From the NCBI GenBank assembly GCA_964016885.1, contig OZ024759.1, positions 18,352,001-18,416,000 on the forward strand: DNA of 64,000 nt, in the 5' to 3' direction. Numbering within the stretch: the stretch's first letter is position 1; every line of letters begins with the position of its first letter. Source of the DNA: Eledone cirrhosa. Its lineage: Eukaryota. This document shows positions 38,431 to 52,219 of the stretch, in pieces. Under the pieces are notes generated by a model. It worked only from the letters and a program-made list of their open reading frames with translations. It was not told the origin of the DNA and ran no database searches. The translations under genes were made by a program, and so were the position numbers.

Positions 38431-39254
38431 AAGAAAAGAAATTTAAAATGCAATTGGAGTCTTTTTAAGAATATTTATTTGTTTCCTTTACCGGTTTCAC
38501 AGTCCTTATGCTTTTCGAAGGTAGAATTGAGATGGAGAGTTTGTGGATTTTCTTGCATCTGGTGGGTGTTCGACTGTTATTTCTGTTTCATGTGGAAAAA
38601 GTGGCTCGACTTGCTGGTTTTTTAAAAGAATAAATCCGCCTAGGACATCTCGTTTTTTTTTCATTGAAAAAAACCCCCTTATTTTCTTTTATATATATAT
38701 AAATATATATATCATTATCATCGTTTAACGTCCATCTTCCACACTTGCATGGGTTTGGAATATATATATATATATATAATGGAGGCACATGGCTTAGTGG
38801 TTACAGCATTGGCCTTGCAATCGAAAGGTTGTGAGTTCAATTCTCAGACCGGGTGATGTGTTGTTTCCTTGAGCAAGACACTTTATTTCACATTGCTCCA
38901 GTTTACTCAGCTGTAGAAATGAGATGATAGGGACTGGGGTCCCTATCATTCCACTGTAAAGTGGTCGTGGAGGTGCCACGGCAAAAAAGTACCCAGCACT
39001 CACTGTAAATGAGGTTGGTGTTAGGAAGGGCATCCAGCTGTAGAAATCAAGCCAGAATCAGTTCCTGTCCCACCCTTGCAAGCAGGGAAAAGCGGACGTA
39101 AATGAAATGATGATGATGATGATATATAGTTGTATGGTTGCATGAAAATCGTCCGTATGCGGTATGCTGGTTGAGCACTCGATGCTCGCGCAGAGCAGGG
39201 TATAATACTATAAGGATAAGGAACAAGGATTCGTGTTGCATCATAATGTATTTA

Positions 39255-39342
39255 ACATTACATATGTTTTTCTATCAACCAGCTCGAGGCAAGATCTATT
39301 ATAGATCGAACCTGACTCTGTAATCGAAAGGTCATCAGATAT
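39255..39342 (-). ncRNA. Hammerhead motif with long stem II (degenerate)
   Basis: Reverse strand reads atat CTGATGA ...gatagaAAA catatg TA atgt. Palindromic stem III. Confidence 0.5.
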
Positions 39343-39668
39343 GCTTAGTATATGAGTTAGTATATATATATATCACCATCATCATTTAACATCCATCTTC
39401 CACACTAGCATGGGTTAGATGGTTTTGTTCCATTTGATGCAGGACATTATATGCAAGACAAGGTCAGCTGACCAGACACTGCCCACAACAGGACAACCCG
39501 TCTAACCCATGCTAGCGTGGAAGAACGGACGTAAAACGGAGACGATCATGATGATGATGATATATATATGTATGTATATATATATACATATATATATATT
39601 ATGAAGAGAGAAGAAACATTTAGATATAATTAGTAATAAAATGTATCATACCTAAACTGCTCCTAAAT

Positions 39669-39758
39669 TCCTCGACTACGTAGTTTCGTGGCATAAACAA
39701 AAACAATATATCATAAAGACATAGAGTCCCTGCGAGGTCTGCCGACTTATCAAGAGGA
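39669..39758 (-). ncRNA. Hammerhead ribozyme motif with U3-A8 covariant core
   Basis: Reverse strand reads tcctc TTGATAA gtcggca...tgccac GAAA ctacgtag TC gagga. Confidence 0.75.
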
Positions 39759-40113
39759 TACCTCATTTTACTAGTCTCAAGAACGCGTCTACACGACGTG
39801 AGAAAGAATCCCAAAAGGCGGAGGGGGAGATAGTCACGCGATATAACGGTCGAGAAACAGAGCTAAGCCTCTTATAACCACGAAGAAAATACCACGGAGG
39901 CGGAGGGGGTATTTATATCGAGGCCGTAGAAGAGGTGGTGAAGAAGGCGAGAAGTATGAGTAATGGAAGCCTTCCAGCTGTCCCCACACTTCAAAGATTG
40001 CTCGACCAGAGGGAGTTATTAACAATATATTTAGAAACACACAGATACATGCGGACACACACATATATACATGAATGCATCCGCACCCAACTGTGAGTTA
40101 AGGGTGCCAATTT

Positions 40114-40144
<31 letters not shown>

Positions 40145-40271
40145 CATATAATAAAGTGTATATATATATATATATATGTACATGGCCGGGGAACACTTTA
40201 TACTAGCAATCTTCATTGCTTTTGTTATATGTACATATTTATATATATATATAAATGTGTATATAAATATA

Positions 40272-40306
<35 letters not shown>

Positions 40307-40440
40307 GGAAAGTTATATTTAAATTGTTGGGTTAACAACGAGTAAATATTTATAACTGATATAAAAGCACTCAACAAGTATTTGGAGTATATTTATGATA
40401 TTAAATAAATGGAAACTATATTTATAAAACCATATTTATT

Positions 40441-40498
40441 TCATTATATATATTTCAGGGATATCATATTAACAATATGTTATGTCGTCTTCAGACAA
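40441..40498 (-). ncRNA. Hammerhead motif (weak stem I)
   Basis: Reverse strand reads ttgt CTGAAGA cgacataacatattgttaatatgatatccct GAAA tatata TA atga, then AATAAA. Confidence 0.55.
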
Positions 40499-41040
40499 AA
40501 TACAATATAAACAGTCTTATAAATAAATAGATATGACATACCTTTCAATCGACTTGCATTTGGGAAGTTGATTTGGCAGTAAAAAATATTGTGGACAGTT
40601 GTAAAAAGAAAGAGAGAAAGAAAGAAAGAAAAACGAAGAAAAAGAAGAAATGCATGTGACTAAATAGAGAGATATATAAAGATAGATAAAGAGAAGAACT
40701 TCATGTAAAGGAACAGAGAGAGATATATAGAGAGAGGAAAAAAGAAAGAGATAGATAGAGATAGATAGAGAAACTAGGTAGTTGAGTATCAGTTGATACA
40801 TTTATTTATTTATTTATTTATTTAGCTCTAGTATTAATGTAAAGAGAGATGTATGTAGTTAAGAGAGAAAATAGCCGTTATATAGAGAGAAAAAAAAGAG
40901 AAAATGAAAAAGAGAAAATGAAAAATAACCAGACATAAACGAGGCAGAATTTAAAAAACGCTATGTTTCATCATGTAGAAAATATTAGTTCGTATAAAAC
41001 AGGCATTATAATGTAAATATCAGTATTGTAAATATCAGTA

Positions 41041-41065
41041 TTTGTATTGTAAATGACCAAGTTAG

Positions 41066-41125
<60 letters not shown>

Positions 41126-41150
41126 CTAACTTGGTCATTTACAATACAAA
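41041..41150. repeat. Perfect palindrome: 26-bp inverted arms around a (TA)n core
   Basis: tttgtattgtaaatgaccaagttagc (ta)n gctaacttggtcatttacaatacaaa. Confidence 0.95.
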
Positions 41151-41485
41151 CACTTATATGTTTATATTAGTGTTTATCATATATTAATTTATATTAACTT
41201 GTATTTCACGGCTCAGAAATGCTTCTTTCTTTGAGCAAATTAATTGTAAAGGACTGTTTGAGTTTATAACTCTAAATATAATATAGTATATATATATATA
41301 TATATATATTATTTGTATATAAACAATTACACTTCCAACCAGTGCTGCCTGTAATTGTATTCTTTCAAGCAGAACATCTTTTTAACTCCTGACTCTCCAC
41401 ATGATGCCTTTGACACTAATAACAATTATGTACCCTAAATGTTCTAAATGACTAGGATTTTAGTTACATGTTTCGACATTCCTTA

Positions 41486-41532
41486 TGCTCCGATGATTCC
41501 AGACTTCCCTCTGGAAGAAACAATTGTCAGCA
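41486..41532 (+). ncRNA. Hammerhead motif with CCGAUGA core
   Basis: tgct CCGATGA ttccaga cttccc tctggaa GAAA caattg TC agca, then AATAAA. Confidence 0.75.
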
Positions 41533-41656
41533 AATAAATGTTCTAAACTAAAATTTGATTGTTTTAACACTTTGTACAATTATATATGTGTATATATATA
41601 TATATATATATCATATTAACAAAATATTGTCATATATTTACTGATTTATTTTGCAG

Positions 41657-41812
41657 GTTTGGAGCCACTGATATTCAAATCTAAATATGTATGTATGAGG
41701 ATTCATTACAACCATTTTGCGGAAGAAGGTTTCTTCCACACATTTCGAGTACCAAGTACCCGCCTCTTCAATAATGTGGTCGTTTCTGTAAAAAATGAAG
41801 ATGACGCTAAAG
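41657..41812 (+). CDS. INPP5F: SAC2/INPP5F-like exon (156 nt)
   Basis: ttttgcag| acceptor, G|gtaatt donor, phase 1 to 1. Reads (G)LEPLIFKSKYVCMRIHYTNFAEEGFFHTFRVPSTRLFNNVVVSVKNEDDAK, similar to SAC2 GPEP...CMRLHY...GYFHTLR. Confidence 0.9.
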
Positions 41813-41861
41813 GTAATTCATCAAGAATTTATATATAGGCATATGTCTGTGTGTGTGTGTG

Positions 41862-41939
<78 letters not shown>

Positions 41940-42430
41940 CTCTAGTGGAGGCACGTGGCTGAGTGGTTAGAGAATTGGATTCACAATCGTGAGGTTGTGA
42001 GTTTGATTCCCGAACCGGGTGATGTGTTATGTCCTTGAGCAAGACACTTTATTTCACGTTGCTCCTTCTACCTGGAGTTGCGACCGATAGATAGTATTAG
42101 CAATTGGAAAGACCAATGGAAACATTGTTTCCTCGGTCCGATTTGACGAAAGTCGATCGACTGTCGATATATACTTTACATATTCTTCTATGGTATATGT
42201 ATTTAGTGTATATACAATATACTGTTTCCTTTAAGATATATGGTTACTTCTCTCTCTATACATACATATATCTTTTTCATTTGATTTAATATGGCTCTGG
42301 ATAATGTCTATTGAGCATGCTTATTAAGAAACACAAAATTTTTACATATTTGGTATGTTTTGATATATATATATATAGTGAAAGAGTGAAAAATAACATG
42401 GTCGGCTGTACAAAAAGGGTTTTATTTACA

Positions 42431-42539
42431 GTATTAACAATTGTTTCGTTGATTAGGTGAGTCTAAAAGCCACTGATCACTCGAAATTGCATCACTCGAC
42501 CTTAAATACAGTGTGTGTCAGATCAAATCATCGGAATAC
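42431..42539 (-). ncRNA. Hammerhead motif with CCGAUGA core and extended stem II
   Basis: Reverse strand reads gtatt CCGATGA tttgat...atcaac GAAA caattg TT aatac, then AATAAA. Confidence 0.68.
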
Positions 42540-44199
42540 CTAAAACGATAACTTGTTATCCCATATATATATATATATTCATTTTAGAATTTGTTTTGCT
42601 CGATTTTTTTACCTGAAAACGTTGAAACAGATATTGAAATGAAAACAAACAGGTACGTGTGTTTTTATTGACAACAGGACCCTCCCAAAGTTTAACAATA
42701 TGGCACATGGCTTAGTGGTTAGAACATTGGGCTTGCAATCGAAAGGTTGTGAGTTTAATTCTCAGACCAGGTGATATGTTGTTTCCTTGAGCAAGACACT
42801 TTATTTCACATTGCTCCAGTTTACTCAGCTGTAGAAATGAGATGATAGGGACTGCGGTCCCTATCATTCCACTGCAAAGTGGTCGTGGAGGTGCCATGGC
42901 AAAAAAGCACCCAGCACTCACTGTAAATGAGGTTGGTGTTAGGAAGGGCATCCAGCTGTAGAAATCAAGACAGAATCAGTTCCCGTCTCACCCTTGCAAG
43001 CAGGGAAAAGCGGATGTAAAATGATGATGATGATGATGATGATATATACACATATACATATATATTTTTTAATTGAAATAAAAAAAACCAAAGATGATGC
43101 GTCATATCATTTTCTTAACATGTATGCTGTTTCAATTTTAATGCAATTAGATAACACTAAAATATCTCCTGGAAATCAATATAAGGCCTGGAGAATTTAA
43201 TTCCCTAAAAAAACATCAAACCATGGTCAATAAACTACAGAATCAAACAGTCGCTTTTCTCAAAAACCCATATGCAAAGCAGGTGATTAGGTTGACAAAA
43301 TAAAGTGTAAGTTTCTTTTTAGGCATCATGTGATTAGTTTAAAGTTTTAAAGCTCCAATGTAAGTCAAGGCTATTGTATAGTTTATTATATAAAAAAACA
43401 CAAATGTATTTTCTACTTACTAAATATAGGCACATACATATATACATACCATACACATTGTTTCTGAAGTATTTTATAGAAGTTAACACTGAGCAGTTGC
43501 ATAACTGCTATTGGTTAACACTATATTGGTCATTCCATGGTTAATTTTGCTCTTTCAAACAGTCATACAACTATATATATATATATATATATATAACAAA
43601 GAAGGTGTGGTAAGATACCAGGTAGACCATAACGCACCAGAGTACTTAATACTTAGAGTAGTCGAGTAGGTAATAGGAAAATAGTCAGGACCCTGATGGC
43701 TGAGCTACAGCCGTTTGGAAGGGATATGGTGTACTTATTCTATACAAGATTTACACATATATATATATATATATATACTCATAAATATATAGAGATGATT
43801 AATGTTAGGAAGGGCATCCAGCTGTAAAAACCCTGGATAAATTTACAGTCCTCATCAGAGCAAGGTACAACATGGTCAACTTTGGCTAGACTTGTCTCCC
43901 AACATGGACGACTCGTCTAATCCATGCAAGCATGGAAAAATGGATGCTAAACAGTGATGATGATGATATATATACATATATATATACATATATATATATA
44001 TGTATGTATAGATAGATAGATATAGATTTAGTTCAATTAACACTTAGAATTTAATATTCTATCATACTATTTCATTATAATACCATTATAAATTTTAAAG
44101 GATTGTAAATAAAACGAGTAAATCAGACAAAGTTGGAATTCCTCTTATTAATATAATCTTCTATACACAATCATACACACCCGTGTATATTTATCTATC

Positions 44200-44231
<32 letters not shown>

Positions 44232-44830
44232 AAAAATATACGTTAAACGATGAAGACGATGATGATATACATGGAAAATAGACATTAAATAGTGAAGAAG
44301 ATGATTATGTTGATGTTATATATATGTAAAGTAGACGTTAAATGATGATGATGATATATATATGTATATGTATATATACATGTAACATAGGCATTAAACG
44401 ATGAAGATGATGATGATGATGATGATATATGTGTGTGGGTTTACATTTACTATTTGTTCATGTCCCAAAATTAGATGAAAGAAGTATAGGGGGTCAATAT
44501 GATCAACTAAATAAAAGAGGTGTCACTGAAATGAATAAAAGAATATTTATGTACTAAAGTTCATTTTCGTTAACAATTAGTACACTTCGGTGCTAGCACT
44601 TGATATGTAATTAGCCAAGACATTTTTATTCATTAAAAATTAATTAAAAACAGACAATGTAGTGTTTACAAGTGATCTTTGCAGATAAATGTATGTATAA
44701 AAGTATGTGTGTTTCTCTGAGATTAAATGTGTGTCTATTATGTAATCATGTATTTGTATATGTATGTATATATATATGCATATATATATATCTATATATA
44801 TCTATATATATATATATATATCTATCTATC

Positions 44831-44866
<36 letters not shown>

Positions 44867-44877
44867 ATGTATATATA

Positions 44878-44946
<69 letters not shown>

Positions 44947-45003
44947 TTATATGTGTATGTATGCACTGACAAGTGGATGTCTTCATGGATGTGCATCTAT
45001 CTA

Positions 45004-45142
<139 letters not shown>

Positions 45143-45329
45143 ATGTATATGTATGTGTATGTATATATGTATGTGTGTGAATGTATGTGGATGTTTGTGG
45201 GCTAGTGTATTCATATATGCATGTGTATATGTATTTAAGTATGAGTGTTAGATTGTATGAACAACTCATTCTATTTTTCTTCATAGCACTCACTACTGGC
45301 GCTATACTTGTCACTCCTCGCATTTAATA

Positions 45330-46450
45330 TTTTCATCCTTCCTCAACACATGACCCAACCATCTCATTCCATTTTTCTTCACAACATTCGCCACTGACTC
45401 TCTTCCCACCTGTCACTTTCATCCTTCCTCAACACATGACCCAACCATCCCATTCCGTTTCTCCTCACAACATTTATCACCACCTCTATTTCCATCACCC
45501 ACTCACTTCATCCTTCCTCAACACATGACCCAACCATCCCATTCCATTTCACCTCACAACATTTATCACCACCTCTATTTCCATCACCCACTCACTTCAT
45601 CCTTCCTCAACACATGACCCAACCATCCCATTCCATTTCACCTCACAACATTTATCACCACCTCTATTTCCATCACCTACTCACTTTCATCCTTCCTCAA
45701 CACATGACCCAACCATCCCATTCCATTTCTCCTCACAACATTCATCATTGCCTCTATTTCCATCACCCACTCACTTCATCCTTCCTCAACACATGACCCA
45801 ACCATCCCATTCCGTTTCTCCTCACAACATTTATCACCACCTCTATTTTCCATCACCCACTCACTTCATCCTTCCTCAACACATGACCCAACCATCCCAT
45901 TCCATTTCTCCTCACAACATTTATCACCACCTCTATTTCCATCACCCACTCACTTTCATCCTTCCTCAACACATGACCCAACCATCCCATTCCATTTCTC
46001 CTCACAACATTCATCATTGCCTCTATTTTCCATCACCCACTCACTTTCATCCTTCCTCAACACATGACCCAACCATCCCATTCCATTTCTCCTCACAACA
46101 TTCATCATTGCCTCTATTTTCCATCACCCACTCACTTTCATCCTTCCTCAACACATGACCCAACCATCCCATTCCATTTCTCCTCACAACATTCATCATT
46201 GCCTCTATTTTCCATCACCCACTCACTTCATCCTTCCTCAACTCATGACTCCACCATCTCATGCCATTTCTCTTCACAACCACTGGCTCCATTCCCACAA
46301 TTCTCTGCAACTTGTTGTCTGTCTTCCTATCCCTGAGTAATACTCTGCTCCACCATTGAGCCATTCTCAGACAATGTCACAGAAAATCCACCAAATCTTC
46401 TAGTGTCTGTTTGATATTGATTATTCTTGTCCAAAGCTATGAAAGAACTT
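45330..46450 (-). repeat. ~90-bp satellite (~11 copies) amplified from an old RTE ORF fragment
   Basis: Reverse strand of the unit reads ..VVRRNGM(R/G)WLGHVLRKD.., and the flank reads DRKTDNKLQRIVGMEPV. Confidence 0.75.
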
Positions 46451-46559
46451 TTGTTGAGTAGAAGAGGACAGCAGCAGCTAATTCTTATTGGTTTTTTACT
46501 CAATAATATCAAGATTGTCACCAATGTCATATATTGAGAATGTGATAAATACTGGATAT

Positions 46560-46561
46560 AT

Positions 46562-46596
<35 letters not shown>

Positions 46597-47100
46597 AAAC
46601 ATCATCATCATCATTATAATCATTATCATCATCATCAAAAACATCATCGTCCATATCATCAGTATCATCATCATCATAAACATCATCATCATCATCATCC
46701 TAAACATCATCATCATCATTATAATCATTATCATCATCATCATAAACATCATCATCATCATGAACATCATCATCATCATCATCATCATCATGAACATCAT
46801 CATCATCATCATCATGAACATCATCATCATCATCATGAACATGATCATCATCATCATCATGAACATCATCATCATCATCATCATCATAAACATCATCATC
46901 ATCATCATCATCATAAACATCATCATCATCATAAACATCATCAGTATCATCATCATCATCATAAACATCATCATCATCATCATCATCATCATAAACATCA
47001 TCATCATCATCATCATTATAATCATTATCATCATCATCATCATAAACATCATCATCATCATGAATATGAACATCATCATCATCATGATCATCATCATAAA

Positions 47101-47137
<37 letters not shown>

Positions 47138-47155
47138 GTTATCATCATTATCATT
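46560..47155. repeat. (CAT)n compound microsatellite
   Basis: Directly visible. Confidence 0.97.
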
Positions 47156-47729
47156 TAATGTCTGTTTACCCTGCTAGCAAGGGATGATAAGTTCAATCAC
47201 AGACTAAGTCAATGCTCAAGCAAAGCTACTTATTGCTCAAATAGGTCGGTAGCTTGCATCTTGCTTGTGTACTACATATGGTCCCCACACTCTGCTGAGT
47301 ACATTTTATCATCATGATATCATCACTAGGGAGGTTTTTATGGCTTCAACGCACCTTTGATGAGTTGTAGTGCACCTGGGCACTGTACACTGTACACAAT
47401 AATTTCATTATTATTATTATAAAGAGGGCGGTGGATTGGCAGTATCGGTAGAGGGTCGGACGCCATGCTTTCCAGCATAGTTACGTCCTTTTACGATCTG
47501 AGTTCAAATCCCACCGAGGTTGACTTTGCCTTTCATCCTTACGGGGTCGATAAAATAAAGTACCAGTAATGCACTGGGTAATTGCTGGCCTTGTGCCTAA
47601 AGTAGAAACAATTATTATTATAAAGAGTCCTCCTAACTATGTATTTGGCAGGTTTTCTAAGGCTGGATGGATGCCCTTCATATCATCAATCACTTTCCAT
47701 AGAGCAATAGGTGTGTTCATCGTGTAGAC

Positions 47730-48073
47730 TAGTGCTTCTCAAACTATCTGATGTGGCAGACTGTCATTTTTTTTTTTTCAATGTGCCACGTACCGCTAAT
47801 ATTTCGTAGTAATATTGATCCTACCGGAAACGATATATATAATGAATATAATAAAAGTTGACCCTTTTTTTTATCTTCTATTTATTTTGTAAACAAATAA
47901 TACAATATTAAAACATATAAAAAAAGTAATTAAAAAAAAATAACAAGCAGTTTATTAACACAAAAATAAAAATTATATAACCGTAATCTTTACTAGTGTG
48001 AAAGGCCGCGTACCGGTAGCTGATGGCTCGCGTGCCGGCACCGGTCCGCGGACCACCACTTTGAGTAGCACTG
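47730..48073. mobile_element. hAT (Charlie-like) non-autonomous MITE
   Basis: TIRs tagtgcttctcaaa / tttgagtagcactg, with imperfect 8-bp TSD gtgtagac / gtgtggat. Confidence 0.8.
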
Positions 48074-49483
48074 GTGTGGATCACCAACACATGGGTGGTT
48101 ATCATATCTTTTACACAACTTAAGTGCCATCCTAACCCATTGCAGGGTAAGCTTTATATGGTTGGATGCCCTTCCTATGTATCATCATTATCAGTTAACA
48201 TCTACTTTCCCTGCAAGCAAGGGTTGGATGGGTCTACTTAGACCATGTCAGTACTGAAGCAGGGCTACTGACCTCCCAGACGACAAGTCATGGGGTTTGT
48301 ATCCCACTTACATATGGTCATATTAGGTGCAGAGGAGAATTTATTGTGTCTTTTGACACAAACTGAAGGGTCATTCCCACCCCTTGTTTGGCAAGCTTTC
48401 TAGGTTGGTGCAACAATAAAATGCACTCAGTACACTCTGCAAGATGGCAGTGCTCATGCAATGATAAATACACACAACCCACTAGAGTTAAGTAAAATAA
48501 GAACGACAAATCAAAATAGTTTTTACCATATATTTCATAATATTTCAAGGTGAGAAGCTCTTTTTCAAATAAAGACTTTTCCCTCCCCTCCAAAATGGTT
48601 GACCGTGTGCCTAATTCATAAACCATTAATAAGACAGGTATTAATATTTGGTAAAACACATCTAGGCAAAAGCATTTCTATAACTATGTTACACAGATTC
48701 ATGAACAAATTCCACATGAGCAAATGTGAAAATGTGATATTTATTGAGCGACTGGTTGGTGGGTGTGATGGCCCACCAACGAAGAAAAAGACATTACCAT
48801 GTAGTAAATGAATGATTAAAGAACTTTGTAAGTGGATATCATGCTGGTAATGATTAAATAATTAATTATCTCTCATCTGCAGCACATAACTTATAAAACT
48901 GGAACAGTTAAAAATCTTTGAAGTTTAGTTACTGTATTTTGTTGGGGTTTTTTCTTTGTTTTGTTTTTTAGTTTTTTTTTTTATTTACATTCTCAGATAG
49001 AAATTGTATTTTTATTTTATATGTAAGATTATTCTATAAAATATAGAAATATTCTATCATATGAAAAGTTGTTTTGATAAAAAGAAGAAAAAATTTATTT
49101 GGTGAAATGTGATTCAATTAAAAGCTGTGGTTTGACATATATTTACACACACATATATATATATATATAATACCATCTAACCCATGCTAGCATGGAAGAT
49201 GGACGTTAAACGATGATGATGATGATGATATATATATGTATATATATATATATTATATATATATATATATATATGAATATATGTATAGTATATTTGGCAA
49301 TATACTGTATGTTTAATAGATACACATTTACATACATATATATGCATATATATATGAACCCTGAATTATACACTTGCAAATGAAATCACACTGCCATACC
49401 TATATATATTTATATATACGTAAGGATTTCATTTGAAATCGCATGGTTCAGGGTTCATTTTCAGTCTTTTGCTATAACCTCAG

Positions 49484-49657
49484 ATATGTTGATTTAAAAC
49501 TGCACTATCCACAAGTGTTTTTTAACCTTCATATCATGTCTTCCTATTTTATCTGATGAAAACACAAATATTATTGCATGATGATATTTGTTTTTGAAAT
49601 GCGCATAATAAAATACATGGAACTCTTTTAACCATCTTTTGTTCTTATATATTATAC
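49484..49657 (+). mobile_element. Hammerhead element, near-identical to 32636-32805 (ribozyme 49545-49615)
   Basis: tattttat CTGATGA...GAAA tgcgca TA ataaaata (8-bp stem I). Ends in (TA)n. Confidence 0.82.
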
Positions 49658-49995
49658 ATATATATATATATATATATAAAGACAGTGTTGTAGTTTGCTT
49701 GAAACAATGTGGAATAAGAAATATGAATTTAAATTAGCTTCAATATTTAGAAGCCAGACAATGTGTACAAGATTAAGTGCCCAGGTAATAAGAGTTATAG
49801 AGAATAAAGAACTCAGAAAGTGTGAAAACGGTAGAGTATTACCTTAGCAATTTATCTATCTATATATATATATATATCAATGTTTGATGGCTGAATGCTC
49901 TTTCTGACACCAACGCTTTTAGTTGCTTCTTACGACATCCATGGATACAGTGTATCTATTCTAAAAACTGGGATACATATGGTATTATATATATA

Positions 49996-50122
49996 TCTGA
50001 TGAAGGACTAGCATCCGAAACGTTAAGATCTTCTTCCTGCTATTTCAAGCATTAACTTTCCATATACTGTATTCCTTCCATATACTGTACCTATTGAGTT
50101 GTTATTTTTGTTTACCTTTTAC
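49996..50122 (+). ncRNA. Hammerhead-containing short repeat
   Basis: CTGATGA agga ctagca tcc GAAA cg TT aaga. Begins directly after (TA)n. Confidence 0.65.
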
Positions 50123-50153
50123 ATACATATATATATGCATATATATATGTATA

Positions 50154-50204
<51 letters not shown>

Positions 50205-50627
50205 TCACCATTTTACGTCGATTCTTCCACGCTAGCATGGGTTAGACGGGTTGTCCTGTTGTAGGAGGCAATGCCGGGTCGGATGATCATGTCTTGCTCT
50301 TACAGGAACTAATTTGGGCTGGATGCCCTTCCTAACACCAACCTCATTTACAGTGTGGACTTGGTGGTTTTTGTCATGACACCTCCACAACCACTTTGCA
50401 GTGGCAGGGGGCGTATTGTATATATATATATGTACACATATATATATATATATATCTGTGTGTGTGTGTGCATTTGTGTATGTATATGTATGTGTCCTTG
50501 TGTTTGCCTGTACTTATGCTCCATATCTTATTGGTTTGACAAGAAATTAACAGAATAAATATTCGGGGTTGATGTGATTGTCTAAATGTAACAAACCAGT
50601 AGAAACATTTTTACTGGATTGGATTCT

Positions 50628-50668
<41 letters not shown>

Positions 50669-50745
50669 GTCTCTCTCTCTCTCTCACTCTCACACTCTCT
50701 CTTCCTCTCCCCTCTTCATGTATCTATCTATCTAACTATCTATCT

Positions 50746-51240
50746 GTCAAGGAGAGCGCGGTTTTCCTTTGTGTGATAGCTATGGCGAAAGAGGTTGTAT
50801 GGTGGACAAGGTTAAAAAGGGCTGAGGTCAGACACCTTTCTCTCCGGCCAACAACTGATTCTTTTTTTCAAATACCACTTTGGAAGAAGAATCAGGATGG
50901 AGAGAGAGGTGCTGTACCCCAGCAAGTTTTATGAAAGGTGGGTGAAAGTGGCGAGAATGGCCCGAGTGAATGGGCCTTCTCTCTATATCAGCCTGTAGGT
51001 TGAGGAAAAGGAGGAGGAGAGGAAAGGAGTACAAAGTCTTCGTACTCATGGAGATGAGGGTTACACATTTTTTCAGGGGTATGTGTTACCCATATGAACT
51101 GTCTCCCCCTATTGGGGAAAATCGACTAATTTTTTAAATTACATTTGTGATATTATTTTACACGTTTTTATTGTATGTAAACTTCCCCCTTTGTATTTGT
51201 CCCCTTCTTTTGTGCCCCTGTGGCTAATAAAGAAACATAT
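50746..51240 (+). mobile_element. 3' end of Tx1/L1-like LINE (frameshifted)
   Basis: Reads AVFLCVIAMAKEVVWWTRLK / GLRSDTFLSGQQLILFFKYHFGRRIRMEREVLYPSKFYERWVK. The AKxxxWxxR...FxxxW pattern is typical of L1/Tx1 ORF2 C-termini. AATAAA at the 3' end. Confidence 0.72.
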
Positions 51241-51471
51241 CTATCTGTCACTCTCTCAATCGAAAGTGGCTCTGTTCAGATCTGGAAAGGGATGGATGGG
51301 CTTTGCCAGATTTAAAATACTCAAGTCATGTGTCACTGTGGACCATTATTGCTATGGCCACCCTTACAGCTCCATCATATCACATACATATGGAAGATAG
51401 TTACCCAGAATGCCATGCAGCAGAATCAAACATAGGACCTCATGATTCTACAATCACAATATATTCATACA

Positions 51472-51504
<33 letters not shown>

Positions 51505-52158
51505 TCATTTCATTTTACGTCCGCTTTTTTCCTGCTTGCAAGGGTGGGACAGGAATTGATCTTGGCTTGATTTCTACAGCTGGATGCCCTTCCTAACACC
51601 AACCTCATTTACAGTGAGTGCTGGGTGCTTTTTTGCCGTAGCACCTACACGACCACTTTGCAGTGGAATGATAGGGACCCCAGTCCTTATCATCTCATTT
51701 CTACAGCTGAGGAAACTGGAACAATGTGAAATAAAGTGTCTTGCTCAAGGAAACAACACATCACCCGGTCTGAGAATTGAACTCACAACCTTTCGATTGC
51801 AAGCCCAATGCTCTAACCACTAAGCCATGTGCCTCCATCTGGATTGGATTCTTCTGTCTGTCTGTCTCTCTCTCTTTCTGTCTGTCTCTCTCATTTATAT
51901 ATGCATGAACATATATATATATATATATATATATATGCTCATGCATATATAAATGTGATGTAGATTATGATAATTATGTAGGCATATATATGTGGGTGTG
52001 TCATCATCATCATTTAACGTATATATATGCACACACACATATACATATAGACATATATGGACATATATATATATATGTATATATATTACATATGTAAAAC
52101 TGTAAATTCCAATAATTATATAGGTGTATATCTGCATATGTGTCTGTATATATGTATG

Positions 52159-52219
<61 letters not shown>

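Noticed and set aside
38781-38852. tRNA gene
   Set aside because: A and B boxes are present, but the sequence runs into a SINE body and (GAT)n tail. It is a SINE head, not a tRNA gene.
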